Shown: positions 18,421-33,785, counted from the first letter of the stretch. The stretch: 64,000 nucleotides of DNA from Gammaproteobacteria bacterium (GCA_047611265.1 JBLFWM010000001.1:153153-217152), one strand, 5' to 3'. Numbers and translations: made by a program. Notes: generated by a model from the letters alone, not told the origin.

Positions 18421-19662
18421 ATGACAATAAATGTGCTAGGTGTTAATCATAAATCCGCCCCTATAGATGTTAGGGAAAAACTAGCATTTGATAAAAATTC
18501 TATTCCCAGAGCTCTTGATGATATTAAAAATATTGAAGGTGTGAATGAAGTGGTTTTAATATCTACCTGTAATAGAACGGAAATATATACAGAGAATGAT
18601 TCTGATAACTCAAAAATAATAAAATGGCTGAATAGCCATCAAAATGCAACCAAAGATTGTGAGCCATTCATGTATAGCTATTATGAAGAAAAAGCTATAA
18701 AACATCTTTTTAATGTAGCTTCAGGAGTAGACTCCATGGTTATAGGTGAAAATGAGATACTAGGACAAGTAAAAGATGCCTTTAGAATTGCTGATCAAAA
18801 TAGTTGTATTAAGTCGTCTTTAAAAAAACTTTTTGAATTTTCTTTTTCTGTCGCAAAACAAGTTAGAACAAAAACAGATATAGGATCTAATCCTGTTTCT
18901 TTTATGTTTACCTCTATAACTTTAATAAAGAAAATATTTGATAATATATCGTCAAAAAAAGCTTTGGTTGTCGGCTCTGGTTACATGATACAGTTGGCAA
19001 TTAAATACCTGCAATCTAACAATGTCAGAGATATAACTTTAACTAATAGAAATTTTGATAAAGGATCAAAAATTGCAAAAGATAATGGGTGTAATTATTC
19101 TAAGCTTCAATATCTTCCCAATATCATTGCATCCCATGACATAATTATTTCATGCACATCTAGTACTATTCCAATTATAGGAAAGGGCATGATGGAGAGT
19201 TCTATAAATAATATAAATGCTAAGCCCTTCGTTATAATTGATCTGGGAGTTCCAAGAGATGTAGAACCAGAAATATCTGATCTAGAAAATGTTTACCTAT
19301 ATAGTATTGATGATCTAGGGAAAGTGATTAAGAATAACTATAAAATACGCGAACAAGCTGTTGCTGAAGCTGAAAAAATAATAGAGTACAAAATTAAAGA
19401 TTTTAAAATTTGGCTGGATGAAAATCATTCAGATAATCTAGTAAAACTATATCGTGGTTATGTTGATGATATTACTAATGGAGCTATTATTAAGGCAAAA
19501 AAAATGGTTCATTCTGGAGAGAGTCTAGATGATGTGATTTCTTATCTTGCGGAATCGTTAAAAAATAAACTAACGCATGAAACTACATCAAAATTAAAAG
19601 AAATTCTTCCGTTACTAGATGAGCCTACTGCTCTAAAAATACAAAATATATTTAAAAAATAA
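18421..19662 (+). CDS. hemA: glutamyl-tRNA reductase
   Basis: 'LISTCNRTEIY' active-site Cys motif, NADPH-binding 'ALVVGSGYMIQLAIKYL', dimerisation tail. Confidence 0.9.
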   Translation: MTINVLGVNHKSAPIDVREKLAFDKNSIPRALDDIKNIEGVNEVVLISTCNRTEIYTENDSDNSKIIKWLNSHQNATKDCEPFMYSYYEEKAIKHLFNVASGVDSMVIGENEILGQVKDAFRIADQNSCIKSSLKKLFEFSFSVAKQVRTKTDIGSNPVSFMFTSITLIKKIFDNISSKKALVVGSGYMIQLAIKYLQSNNVRDITLTNRNFDKGSKIAKDNGCNYSKLQYLPNIIASHDIIISCTSSTIPIIGKGMMESSINNINAKPFVIIDLGVPRDVEPEISDLENVYLYSIDDLGKVIKNNYKIREQAVAEAEKIIEYKIKDFKIWLDENHSDNLVKLYRGYVDDITNGAIIKAKKMVHSGESLDDVISYLAESLKNKLTHETTSKLKEILPLLDEPTALKIQNIFKK

Positions 19663-19665
19663 ATA

Positions 19666-20718
19666 ATGAATAATAAATTAATAGAAAAATTAGATAATCT
19701 CTTTTCAAAACATAAAACTATATCTGAACAACTAGAAGATGAAAATATATATCAGGACCATGAGCTCTTAAAAAAACTTAATAAAGAATTCGCTAAAATA
19801 GATCCAATAGTAAATAAGTATAACGAATATAAAGGGCTAATAAGTAATATTGAAGAATCAAAGTTATTCTTGACAGATAAAGAATTTAGAATGATGGCTG
19901 AAGAAGATATAGAGAAAAATACAGCTAAAAAAAATATTCTTGAAGGCTATTTTGAAAATGAATTAGTTGATAAGGATCCAAATGATACTAAGGATATTTT
20001 TCTTGAAATTAGAGCTGGTACCGGTGGCGATGAAGCTGCGATATTTTCTGGAGATTTATTTAAAATGTATTCCAAATATGCAGAGAAAAATTCATGGGAT
20101 ATAGAGTTACTAAATGTTACAGAAAGTGATCATGGGGGATATAAAGAATTAATTCTAAAAGTTACAGGTACTAATGTTTATGGTCAGCTCAAGTTTGAGT
20201 CTGGAACTCACAGAGTCCAAAGAGTTCCTAATACTGAAACACAGGGCCGAATACACACATCAGCTTCAACTGTTGCAGTATTGCCAGCGGTGGATGAAAT
20301 AGATCAAATTGCAATTAATCCGTCGGATTTACGAATAGATACTTATAGGGCTTCTGGTGCTGGCGGCCAACATATAAACAAGACCGACTCAGCTGTTAGG
20401 ATCACTCATATACCATCAGGCACAGTTTCAGAATGTCAAGATGGAAGATCTCAGCATAAAAACAAAGCTCAAGCAATGTCAATGTTATATTCTAGATTAC
20501 TAATGCATGAACAAGAACAAAGAAAAAAAGATACTGCTGAGGAAAGGAAAAATTTAATTGGTAGCGGGGATAGGTCAGAACGTATCCGCACATATAATTT
20601 TCCTCAAGGTAGAATTACTGACCATAGAATTAATCTTACTCTATATAAACTTGATCATATTTTGGAAGGGAATATTGAGCCATTAATTGATGAGCTAAAA
20701 AAAGCATCACTAAATTAA
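19666..20718 (+). CDS. prfA: peptide chain release factor 1
   Basis: 'RASGAGGQHINKTDSAVRITHIPSG' (GGQ motif) and the PxT-type decoding region. hemA-prfA-prmC synteny. Confidence 0.95.
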   Translation: MNNKLIEKLDNLFSKHKTISEQLEDENIYQDHELLKKLNKEFAKIDPIVNKYNEYKGLISNIEESKLFLTDKEFRMMAEEDIEKNTAKKNILEGYFENELVDKDPNDTKDIFLEIRAGTGGDEAAIFSGDLFKMYSKYAEKNSWDIELLNVTESDHGGYKELILKVTGTNVYGQLKFESGTHRVQRVPNTETQGRIHTSASTVAVLPAVDEIDQIAINPSDLRIDTYRASGAGGQHINKTDSAVRITHIPSGTVSECQDGRSQHKNKAQAMSMLYSRLLMHEQEQRKKDTAEERKNLIGSGDRSERIRTYNFPQGRITDHRINLTLYKLDHILEGNIEPLIDELKKASLN

Positions 20719-20719
20719 A

Positions 20720-21580
20720 ATGTTATTAACACTAGAAAAGATATTAGTACAGTCCTTAACTGACATTAAAAGTCAACCTGATAAAAATATAACTAGGTCA
20801 GATATTATATATTGCTTAATGGAAGCGATTGGTAAAGATAAATCCTACATAATAACAAACCATGATGAAAAAATTGGCGGCAATCAATTAATAAAATTTA
20901 ATTTCTTTTTTAATTCTCTGAAAGATGGAGTGCCTCTGGCATATGTTCTGGGTAATCAATTTTTTTATAAATATAAATACTATGTTAACCATAATGTATT
21001 GATACCCAGACCTGAAACAGAAATAATAATTTCTGAAATAATTAACCGTGGAGATCAGGTATACAAAACAAAACAAAAATTTAATGTAATAGATGCTGGA
21101 TCAGGATCAGGCTGCATTGGTTTAAGTATTGCTTCTGAAAGAAATGAATGGAATGTTATCTTGTCGGAAAAATCACTTGGGGCGTCAAAAATATTGAACA
21201 AAAATTACCAATCAGAATATAGAAATAATTGTTTTCTGGTAATGAGTGACTGGTTAAGCGCCTTCAAGAAAGACACTGCAGATATAATTGTATCCAATCC
21301 ACCATATGTCAAGACTAATTGTACTGAGATTGATAAAAACGTTAGTGATTATGAGCCTGCCGAAGCATTATTTTCTCCTGATGGAGGTTTATCTGACATA
21401 AAACGAATTATCTCTGAATCTAAAAAGGTATTGAAAAAAGATGGTTTATTGTTTATTGAGAATGGTTTTGACCAATCTGAAAAAGTAGTAGAAATATTGA
21501 AAGAAAACTATTATGAAGACATAGATATTATATTAGATTATAATAATATAAAGAGATTTACAGTCTCAAGAAACCCATAG
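20720..21580 (+). CDS. prmC: release factor glutamine N5-methyltransferase PrmC (HemK)
   Basis: 'VIDAGSGSGCIGLSIA' SAM motif and 'IVSNPPYV' NPPY motif. Confidence 0.85.
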   Translation: MLLTLEKILVQSLTDIKSQPDKNITRSDIIYCLMEAIGKDKSYIITNHDEKIGGNQLIKFNFFFNSLKDGVPLAYVLGNQFFYKYKYYVNHNVLIPRPETEIIISEIINRGDQVYKTKQKFNVIDAGSGSGCIGLSIASERNEWNVILSEKSLGASKILNKNYQSEYRNNCFLVMSDWLSAFKKDTADIIVSNPPYVKTNCTEIDKNVSDYEPAEALFSPDGGLSDIKRIISESKKVLKKDGLLFIENGFDQSEKVVEILKENYYEDIDIILDYNNIKRFTVSRNP

Positions 21581-21581
21581 T

Positions 21582-21863
21582 ATGAACAAAGAAACAATAA
21601 TAAAAATTTCAGATCTAGCAAAGATTGATATAAAAGATGATCAGATAGATGATATTTTGACTAGTTTGGAAAAAATATTAAACCTAGTTGATGAAATGAA
21701 TTCAGTAGATACTGATAACGTTACTCCAATGTCTCATCCTCTGAATCTTAAGCAAGAATTACGCAAAGATACAGTGGAAGCTTCTAATCAAAGAGAGTTG
21801 TTCCAAAAAAATAATAAATATACAGATAATGGATACTATATAGTTCCAAAAATAATTGATTAA
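21582..21863 (+). CDS. gatC: Asp/Glu-tRNA amidotransferase subunit C
   Basis: 93 aa. Leads a gatCAB run and overlaps gatA by 8 nt. Confidence 0.8.
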   Translation: MNKETIIKISDLAKIDIKDDQIDDILTSLEKILNLVDEMNSVDTDNVTPMSHPLNLKQELRKDTVEASNQRELFQKNNKYTDNGYYIVPKIID

Positions 21864-23319
21864 TATGCATAATAAAACTGTTTCAGAACTAAAAAAAGAT
21901 TTAGAGAAGAAGAAGATAAGTTCGGTTGAACTTACTAATCATTTCATTGATAGAATTAAGAGCATAGACTCTCAATTGAATTCCTTTATCTCGCTAACAG
22001 AAGAATATGCAATTACTCAGGCTAAAAAAATAGATTTGGAAATTTCTAAGGGTAAAATTAGGCCACTAGCAGGAATACCGCTTGCTCAGAAAGATATTTT
22101 TTGTACAAAAGGCCTAAGAACGACATGTGGATCAAAAATGCTAGAAAATTTTATTAGTCCATATAATGCAACAGTTGTGGAAAAACTTAATGACGCGGGC
22201 ATGGTTATTATTGGTAAGACAAATATGGATGAATTTGCTATGGGGTCATCAAATGAAACTAGTTACTTTGGTGATGTTAAAAACCCATGGAATACAGAGT
22301 ATGTTCCTGGGGGATCATCTGGAGGTTCTGCAGCTAGTGTTGCCGCAAGACTTATACCTTGCTCAACAGGCACTGATACTGGAGGCTCAATAAGACAACC
22401 AGCTTCTCTAACAGGTGTTTGTGGTATCAAACCAACCTATGGAAGAGTATCAAGATATGGAATGATTGCGTTTGCCTCGAGCTTAGACCAAGCAGGGGTT
22501 TTTACTAGAACAGCAGAAGATTGCGCTATACTTTTAACTCATATCTCCGGACATGATCCTAAGGATTCAACTTCATCAAGAAAAGATGTTCCGGATTATG
22601 AAAAAGAATGTAAACAAAAATTTACTAGCATAACAATTGGCATACCTGTTGAATTTTTAGATGGCTTAGATGATACGGTCAAAGAAGTTTTTGAAGAGAA
22701 TATTAAGGTACTCGAAAAAAATGGATGTAAATTTAAAAAAATTAGTCTCAAAAGTTCAAGACTTGGCGTATCTGCTTATCAGGTAGTAGCTCCAGCTGAA
22801 TGTTCTTCCAATTTATCTAGATTTGATGGCGTTAGATTCGGACACAGAGCTGACAATACCAAAAATATTGATGATTTATATAAAAAATCAAGATCAGAGG
22901 GTTTTGGTCAAGAAGTTAAGAGAAGAATATTGATTGGAACATATGCTTTATCGGCAGGATATTATGATGCCTATTATCTTAAAGCACAAAAAATAAGAAA
23001 AGTTATTTCTAATGAATTTACAGAAGCATTCAAAGAAGTTGATCTAATATTAGGACCAACTGCTCCTGATTGTGCATTTAAAATTGGAGAAAAGGTTAAT
23101 GATCCTATTGCAATGTATCTTTCAGACGTCTTTACAGTCAGCACGAATCTTGCGGGTTTACCGGCAATGTCTTTACCAATGGGTTTCAAAAATAACCTAC
23201 CTCTTGGCTTACAGATAATTGGTAATCATTTCGATGAAGCAAAAATATTATCATTAGCTCATCACTACCAACAAATAACTGACTGGCATACAAAAAAACC
23301 AAAAGTATCTGGAGATTAA
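21856..23319 (+). CDS. gatA: Asp/Glu-tRNA amidotransferase subunit A
   Basis: Amidase signature '[13 protein letters not shown]' and '[13 protein letters not shown]'. Confidence 0.95.
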   Translation: MINMHNKTVSELKKDLEKKKISSVELTNHFIDRIKSIDSQLNSFISLTEEYAITQAKKIDLEISKGKIRPLAGIPLAQKDIFCTKGLRTTCGSKMLENFISPYNATVVEKLNDAGMVIIGKTNMDEFAMGSSNETSYFGDVKNPWNTEYVPGGSSGGSAASVAARLIPCSTGTDTGGSIRQPASLTGVCGIKPTYGRVSRYGMIAFASSLDQAGVFTRTAEDCAILLTHISGHDPKDSTSSRKDVPDYEKECKQKFTSITIGIPVEFLDGLDDTVKEVFEENIKVLEKNGCKFKKISLKSSRLGVSAYQVVAPAECSSNLSRFDGVRFGHRADNTKNIDDLYKKSRSEGFGQEVKRRILIGTYALSAGYYDAYYLKAQKIRKVISNEFTEAFKEVDLILGPTAPDCAFKIGEKVNDPIAMYLSDVFTVSTNLAGLPAMSLPMGFKNNLPLGLQIIGNHFDEAKILSLAHHYQQITDWHTKKPKVSGD

Positions 23320-23320
23320 T

Positions 23321-25803
<2,483 letters not shown>

Positions 25804-25805
25804 TA

Positions 25806-26651
25806 ATGGAACGCTTTTATAAAAAAAGTACTGCAGATTTTTATACCCTAATATTTTTATTGTTTCTATCTGTTGGCACTATAGTTCTAGATTATAAATA
25901 TAATCAAATTACATATATTAGGTCGGTTATCAATGACTTAATTGTTTATCCGATCGACAGAATATCAAACTTACCTAGATTATTTATAAATCAGTTAATT
26001 GCAGAATCAAGTAATATAAAAGATTTGGAGCTTGAGTTAAAAATTCTAGAAAAAGAAAATATGTATTTAAAGATACAAGTGCAGGAATTAAATTCATTGA
26101 AAGATGAAAATACAAGATTGAGAAAAATTTCTAAAGCATCAATCATAACATCCAAAAAACAAACTATAGTCAAAGTTATCAGCAATACCGCAAGTCCAAA
26201 CAAAAGAGTTGTCTCTATTGATAAAGGTGAAAAATATGGAGTTTATATAGGTCAAAATGTTATTGGTGTTGATGGCTTAGTGGGGCAAGTAATAGAAACA
26301 GCATTTGTTTCGTCAAAAGTTATTCTAATAACTGAGTCCACTCATACTGTTCCGGCAGTTGTCGACAGAACTGGCGATAATATTTTAGTAACTGGCCATG
26401 CAGATGATGGAAAACTAATCGTTCCATATGCTCAAATGGGGGTAGATATAGTTATTGGTGATGTTATCTCTACGTCTGGTCTTGCAAATAGATTTAAAGC
26501 TAAAATACCAATTGGAATAGTTGTTAAAAAAACCAGCAATCGAGACAAAGAATTTAGTGATATTGAAATTAAGCCTTTTGAAAAAGTTGGTCAAATGTCA
26601 GAATTAATATTAATCTGGGACTATAAGCCAAAGGATAAAGTTAATGAATAA
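25806..26651 (+). CDS. mreC: rod shape-determining protein MreC
   Basis: N-terminal TM helix, coiled coil ('LELELKILEKENMYLKIQVQELNSLKDENTRL') and a beta-rich C-terminal domain. Sits between mreB and mreD. Confidence 0.85.
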   Translation: MERFYKKSTADFYTLIFLLFLSVGTIVLDYKYNQITYIRSVINDLIVYPIDRISNLPRLFINQLIAESSNIKDLELELKILEKENMYLKIQVQELNSLKDENTRLRKISKASIITSKKQTIVKVISNTASPNKRVVSIDKGEKYGVYIGQNVIGVDGLVGQVIETAFVSSKVILITESTHTVPAVVDRTGDNILVTGHADDGKLIVPYAQMGVDIVIGDVISTSGLANRFKAKIPIGIVVKKTSNRDKEFSDIEIKPFEKVGQMSELILIWDYKPKDKVNE

Positions 26652-27111
26652 TTTTATAGTTATAACACTATCGTTACTGTTATCCATTATCTTGACAATT
26701 ACAACATTTCCACTTGGATATTTTGCTCCTGACTGGATACATTTATTTTTGATATATTGGATATTAGCTACCCCGGGATCAATTGGATTATTTACCGTAT
26801 GGATGATTGGGCTTCTAGTAGATGTAGTTCTTGGTTCCACACTAGGGGTTAATGCATTAGTATATAGTTTAATTGCCTACCTTGTCTTTAAATCATATAT
26901 GGCAATACGTTATTTAACTGTTTTACAACAAGGAATTCTTATTCTTTTACTCTTACTTGCTAAGTGTACGCTGATTTTATGGATTGATGACATGATGGGT
27001 ACTTCTAATTACACTACCTCTATATACTGGACACCTTTAATTAGCGCATTAGCTTGGCCTTTGGTTTATTATTTTTTAAGAAATCTTAGAAGAAAATACA
27101 ATGTTACTTAA
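26644..27111 (+). CDS. mreD: rod shape-determining protein MreD
   Basis: 155-aa polytopic membrane protein immediately after mreC with an 8-nt overlap. Confidence 0.75.
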   Translation: MNNFIVITLSLLLSIILTITTFPLGYFAPDWIHLFLIYWILATPGSIGLFTVWMIGLLVDVVLGSTLGVNALVYSLIAYLVFKSYMAIRYLTVLQQGILILLLLLAKCTLILWIDDMMGTSNYTTSIYWTPLISALAWPLVYYFLRNLRRKYNVT

Positions 27112-27824
27112 TGAATATACTTTCTAATCTACATGATAAAGAATTATCTGATTTTTTAGATAAGACCCTTAATAATTATTACGATAAAGTTATAACTGAA
27201 AACCTTTCTATTAATCTTAATAAAGACAACATTGAGCTGATTAACGCAAACTATAAGGAAGCTGTTTCCATTTCGGTAGATTTTCTCGATGAAGCAATTA
27301 ATAATAAAATAAAATTAAGACTCTCTGGAAAGAAAGATATATTTGGCAAATTATTTCCAATAAAAAACTCTACACTACTAGATTGCACTGCTGGATATGG
27401 AAGAGATAGTTACGTTTTAAGGTTAATGGGTTTTAATGTCACAATGATAGAAAATAGTCCTGTCATGTCATTATTATTAAATGATGCATTGAAAAAACTA
27501 AAGTTATTAAACTTTACGATGTATCATGGAAATTCTTATGACTATTTAAGCCATTCTAAAAAATATTATGACTATATCTATATAGATTTTATGTTTAATA
27601 AACTTAAAAAAAATTCTCTATCATCTAAAAATGATGAAACTTTAAAGCTAATATCATTTCAGGAGAATAATAAAAATAACCTTATCAGGCTTGCTATAAA
27701 AAAATCAAATAGCCGAGTAGTAGTTAAAGAACCTAAACATTCATTGAGTAATATACTAAAACCAGAATATACTATAAAAACAAAACTTTTAAATTTCAAT
27801 ATATATAAGGGTGGTAATGGATAA
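27111..27824 (+). CDS. rsmJ: 16S rRNA (guanine1516-N2)-methyltransferase RsmJ (YhiQ family)
   Basis: 'LLDCTAGYGRDSYVLRLMGFNVTMIENSPVMSLLLNDAL' parallels RsmJ '[37 protein letters not shown]'. Confidence 0.7.
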   Translation: MNILSNLHDKELSDFLDKTLNNYYDKVITENLSINLNKDNIELINANYKEAVSISVDFLDEAINNKIKLRLSGKKDIFGKLFPIKNSTLLDCTAGYGRDSYVLRLMGFNVTMIENSPVMSLLLNDALKKLKLLNFTMYHGNSYDYLSHSKKYYDYIYIDFMFNKLKKNSLSSKNDETLKLISFQENNKNNLIRLAIKKSNSRVVVKEPKHSLSNILKPEYTIKTKLLNFNIYKGGNG

Positions 27825-28290
27825 ACTTAATAATATAATGCAATGTATATATCTGGAGAGTAAAAATAAGAATATTATTTTATATGAAAAATCCGATAGT
27901 CATATACATAAATCTTTGAAATTTTTAAATATAACTTACCAATATTTGTCTCAGTTAGATGGGTTATCAAAGCTTAATCCTGATAATGTATTACTGTTAT
28001 TGTCGATTAATGACAACATGATTAACCATGATGATTTCTATAGGGAGGTTGGAAGCATAATGTTAAAATATCCAGATAATTTTATTATAATTAATGAAAT
28101 TAATAAAATAGACTACTTAGATAATCTAGTACATAAATCTCTAATGTCATTAGGTTTCAAATTAAGCTCACAAATCAATCATGATGATATCTTTTTGCTC
28201 TTTTATACTTATAATATAGGTAATTATAAAAATTCACCGGACTGGTTGAACAGCGAAAATTGGGCAAACCCGGAATTATGGGAGAAATGA
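27811..28290 (+). CDS. hypothetical protein (159 aa, no recognisable motif)
   Basis: ORF only. Overlaps the rsmJ 3' end by 14 nt and the bolA-like start by about 30 nt. Trp-rich C-terminus 'NSPDWLNSENWANPELWEK'. Confidence 0.3.
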   Translation: MVMDKLNNIMQCIYLESKNKNIILYEKSDSHIHKSLKFLNITYQYLSQLDGLSKLNPDNVLLLLSINDNMINHDDFYREVGSIMLKYPDNFIIINEINKIDYLDNLVHKSLMSLGFKLSSQINHDDIFLLFYTYNIGNYKNSPDWLNSENWANPELWEK

Positions 28291-28526
28291 ACATGGAAGA
28301 TTTAATAAAAAAAATACTTAAGGAGCAAATTCAGGATTCTTTGGTTACGGTAGAAGGAGGAGAATCCAAATATACAGTTCGAGTTGTTAGCGATATATTT
28401 AAAGGTAAAACTATAATCGATCGACATAAGGTTATATATTCAGCTTTAGATAGTTATATTAAATCAGGTGAAATACATGCATTAACTATCAAATCATTGA
28501 CAATTGATGAGAGTAATAAAGCCTAA
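28260..28526 (+). CDS. BolA/IbaG family protein
   Basis: 'VTVEGGESKYTVRVVSDIFKGKTIIDRHKVIYSAL...GEIHALTIKSLTIDE' fits the BolA fold signature (RH..VY..L...IHAL.I.T). The true start is probably an internal Met (MNMEDL). Confidence 0.6.
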   Translation: MGKPGIMGEMNMEDLIKKILKEQIQDSLVTVEGGESKYTVRVVSDIFKGKTIIDRHKVIYSALDSYIKSGEIHALTIKSLTIDESNKA

Positions 28527-29595
28527 CCAAAAACTTTTTAATAAATCAAAGATTATCCATGTAGACATGGATTCCTTCTATGCTTCAGTTGAGATCAAAG
28601 AAAGACCTGAATTAAAATTTAAGCCAGTTGCAGTTGCAGGTAGCTCTGAAAATAGAGGTGTTGTCACCACATGCAACTACATAGCTAGAAAATTTGGTAT
28701 ACGCTCAGCAATGCCTTCTGTGATTGCAAAAAGGCTATGTCCTGAGATAATTTTTTTACCTGTAAATATGGAAAAATATAGAGCTATCTCTAAAGAAACA
28801 CATAAAATTTATAAATGTTACACAAAAATTATTGAACCAATATCACTTGACGAGGCCTATCTAGACGTTACCGACTCTGAATATTGTCAAGGCGACCCAG
28901 AAGAAATGGCACGACAAATAAGACAAAAGATTTTTGAAGATTTAGGGATTACTGCTTCAGCCGGGATTTCTTCTAATAAATTTTTAGCAAAAATTGCTAG
29001 TGACTGGAATAAGCCTAATGGTCAATTTTCTATCCCTGATAAAGATATTCAAAACTTTATATTAAAAGTAAATATTAGGAAAATATATGGGGTAGGAGAA
29101 AAAACTGAAATTGTATTAAATAAACATAGGATTCAGACATGTAGTGATTTACAAAAATTGAGCAAAGAAAGCCTTATAAAATTACTAGGTAAATATGGCT
29201 GTACATTATATTCATTATCAAGAGGTATAGATAACAGATTAGTTGAAGATGATAAGATTAGTAAAAGTTTAAGTGTAGAAGACACTTATGTGAAAGATTT
29301 AACTAACTATGATCAGGCTGCTAATGAGTTAAATAAGTTATACTTAGAACTTAAAAAAAGACTTGGTAAAGAAATACATAAAGATAGACTTATCAAATCA
29401 TGTTTCATCAAGGTAAAGTTCAATGATTTTAAATTAATCACTATGCAGACATCAAATCAAAAAACTGACCATCTTGTTTATTTAAACCTTTTAGAGAAAA
29501 CTCTTTTAACTAATAAGAAATCAATACGGCTTTTAGGTATAGGGGTGCAGTTTGATAATCGCCCACTTAATCAACTAAATCTTGATATCTCATAA
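28504..29595 (+). CDS. dinB: DNA polymerase IV
   Basis: 'IIHVDMDSFYASVEIKERPELKFKPVAVAG' and 'SLDEAYLDVTD' Y-family catalytic motifs. Confidence 0.9.
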   Translation: MMRVIKPNQKLFNKSKIIHVDMDSFYASVEIKERPELKFKPVAVAGSSENRGVVTTCNYIARKFGIRSAMPSVIAKRLCPEIIFLPVNMEKYRAISKETHKIYKCYTKIIEPISLDEAYLDVTDSEYCQGDPEEMARQIRQKIFEDLGITASAGISSNKFLAKIASDWNKPNGQFSIPDKDIQNFILKVNIRKIYGVGEKTEIVLNKHRIQTCSDLQKLSKESLIKLLGKYGCTLYSLSRGIDNRLVEDDKISKSLSVEDTYVKDLTNYDQAANELNKLYLELKKRLGKEIHKDRLIKSCFIKVKFNDFKLITMQTSNQKTDHLVYLNLLEKTLLTNKKSIRLLGIGVQFDNRPLNQLNLDIS

Positions 29596-29658
29596 ATTAT
29601 ACTAGTAATAATGTTAATTTTTTCTTATGATGGTTGAATACTGAATTTTGGGGGACAT

Positions 29659-30954
29659 ATGAAATTCGAAACGATTGCAATCCACGGAGGATACTCTCCG
29701 GAAGCTACAACAAACGCAGTGGCTGTACCTATATATCAAACAGCATCTTACTCGTTTAGAGACTCACAACATGGGGCTGATTTATTTGACCTCAAAGAAG
29801 CTGGAAATATTTATACTAGAATAATGAACCCTACCTCTGATGTTCTTGAAAAACGTGTGGCAGCAATGGAAGGTGGTATAGGAGCACTAGCTCTAGCATC
29901 TGGTTCTGCTGCAACAACATATGCAATCATGACAATCTGTGAAGCTGGAGATAATATTGTTAGTACAAGCACTTTATATGGCGGAACATATACTTTATTT
30001 GCTCATCAGTTACCTCGTTTTGGAGTAGATGTTAGATTTGGAGCGCATGATAAAATTGATGATATGGAAAAGTTAATTGACTCAAAAACAAAAGCTATAT
30101 TTTGTGAATCAATAGGTAATCCAGCTGCAAATGTTGTGGATGTTCCAAAAATGGCTAAAATGGCACATAAGCATGGCATACCATTAATTGTAGATAATAC
30201 TGTTCCTTCTCCATATTTGTTTAGACCTATCGAGCATGGTGCGGACATTGTTGTTCATTCTCTTACAAAATACATGGGTGGACATGGTACGACAATAGGT
30301 GGAATTATAGTTGACTCAGGAAAATTTCCCTGGGCTAAACACAAAAAAAGATTTAGTAGACTAAATACACCGGATCCATCTTATCATGGTGTGGTGTACA
30401 CAGAAGCGCTAGGAGACTCAGCTTTTATAGGAGCAGCAAGAGTTGTTCCATTAAGAAATATGGGTGCGTGTATATCACCATTCAATAGTTTTTTAATACT
30501 TCAAGGTATTGAAAGTTTAGCAGTGAGAATGGATAGACATTGCGAGAATGCAGTCAAGGTTGCAAACTTTCTAATGAAACATCCTGATGTAACTTGGGTA
30601 AATTACCCTGGTATTGCAAGTAGCCCAGACTATGAATTAGTTAAAAAACTAATGGGCGGCAAGGCATCTAGTGTTTTAAGTTTTGGAATTAAAGGCGGAA
30701 AAAGTAATGGGTCTAAATTTATAGACAATCTAGATCTTATTGTTAGGTTAGTAAATATTGGTGATGCAAAATCTTTAGCGTGTCATCCTGCATCTACTAC
30801 GCATAGACAATTATCACCTGAAGAACTTAAAGAAGCTGGAGTGCCTGAAGACTTAGTGAGACTATCTATCGGTATAGAAAATTCCGAAGATATTATCAAT
30901 GATATTAGTCAAGCTCTTGATGGTGTATTTGGAAAAACTAAAAATAAAAAATAA
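29659..30954 (+). CDS. metY: O-acetylhomoserine sulfhydrylase (PLP-dependent, Cys/Met metabolism family)
   Basis: 'FETIAIHGGY...PIYQTASYSF' N-terminus and PLP-lysine region 'VHSLTKYMGGHGTTIGGIIVD'. Confidence 0.9.
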   Translation: MKFETIAIHGGYSPEATTNAVAVPIYQTASYSFRDSQHGADLFDLKEAGNIYTRIMNPTSDVLEKRVAAMEGGIGALALASGSAATTYAIMTICEAGDNIVSTSTLYGGTYTLFAHQLPRFGVDVRFGAHDKIDDMEKLIDSKTKAIFCESIGNPAANVVDVPKMAKMAHKHGIPLIVDNTVPSPYLFRPIEHGADIVVHSLTKYMGGHGTTIGGIIVDSGKFPWAKHKKRFSRLNTPDPSYHGVVYTEALGDSAFIGAARVVPLRNMGACISPFNSFLILQGIESLAVRMDRHCENAVKVANFLMKHPDVTWVNYPGIASSPDYELVKKLMGGKASSVLSFGIKGGKSNGSKFIDNLDLIVRLVNIGDAKSLACHPASTTHRQLSPEELKEAGVPEDLVRLSIGIENSEDIINDISQALDGVFGKTKNKK

Positions 30955-30959
30955 TTTAT

Positions 30960-32768
<1,809 letters not shown>

Positions 32769-32821
32769 TTAATTGCTTAGCTTTTGACTTATAATGTAAC
32801 AATACTAAACTTACCAATGAA

Positions 32822-33469
32822 ATGAAAGTAGATAATACCGATACAATAAATATGGTAGAAAATCATATCAGGTCTCTGAATGTTATTGATAATAATGTCT
32901 TGAATGTTCTTAAATTAATCCCTAGAAAATTATTTACTCCTAAAGCTTATATAAATTTTTCACATGTAGATATAAATATCCCTATTGGTAATAATCAACA
33001 TATGCTGATGCCATCTATTGAGGCAAAATTACTGCAAGCATTAAACATACAATTAAACGAAGATATTCTTGTGATAGGTTCTGGCACAGGGTATCTATCC
33101 TCATGTGCTTCATTGTTGGGAAATAAGGTTCACTCAATTGATATAGATAATCATTTAGTGGAAGTGTCTAAAAAAAATTCAAATCAAAATTTTTTGAAAG
33201 GAAATATTCTATATGAATGTCTAGATTTAATGAGTAATCTTTCAATTATTAGAAAATATAATATTATCATCCTTACGAGTAGTATTGATGATTTAAGCCT
33301 TATAACAGATCATATGTCCAATCAGTCTCGCGCGTTTATATTTTTTGGTAAGAAGACAGCCCCAGTAAAAACAGGGTTCCTAATTAAAAAATCAAAAACA
33401 TCTGGTTTATCTCAGGAATATATAGCTGAGACCGATGTTAGTCACCTTATTGTAGAAAAAAATGATTGA
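32822..33469 (+). CDS. pcm: protein-L-isoaspartate O-methyltransferase
   Basis: 'LNVLKLIPRKLFT', 'NIPIGNNQHMLMPSIEAKLLQALNI' and 'ILVIGSGTGYLSSCASLL' parallel E. coli Pcm 'LNALAAVPREKFV', '[25 protein letters not shown]' and 'VLEIGTGSGYQTAILAHL'. Confidence 0.7.
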   Translation: MKVDNTDTINMVENHIRSLNVIDNNVLNVLKLIPRKLFTPKAYINFSHVDINIPIGNNQHMLMPSIEAKLLQALNIQLNEDILVIGSGTGYLSSCASLLGNKVHSIDIDNHLVEVSKKNSNQNFLKGNILYECLDLMSNLSIIRKYNIIILTSSIDDLSLITDHMSNQSRAFIFFGKKTAPVKTGFLIKKSKTSGLSQEYIAETDVSHLIVEKND

Positions 33470-33785
33470 AAAAAATGTATTAGAAATTAGTAAGATATTA
33501 AATGATGCGAGTATTACTCCCACCATTCTTGATGTGAGGGAAAAATGGGAATATGATATATGTCATATAGAAAACTCAGTTCATATTCCGATGGGTCAAA
33601 TTACTGAAAAGAAAGATGATTTAAATCATAATGATATGATTATAGTGGTTTGTCACCATGGAGTTAGAAGTAGAATGGTTGCTAAATATTTGGATGCCAA
33701 TGGGTTTACCAATATAATTAATTTAAGAGGAGGCGTTGATGCTTGGTCAAATGAAGTTGACCCATCTATGACCAAATATGTTTAG
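33462..33785 (+). CDS. single-domain rhodanese (sulfurtransferase, GlpE/PspE-like)
   Basis: Active-site loop 'VVCHHGVRSRMVAKYL' followed by 'LRGGVDAWS'. 107 aa. Overlaps pcm and tolC by 8 nt each. Confidence 0.7.
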   Translation: MIEKNVLEISKILNDASITPTILDVREKWEYDICHIENSVHIPMGQITEKKDDLNHNDMIIVVCHHGVRSRMVAKYLDANGFTNIINLRGGVDAWSNEVDPSMTKYV

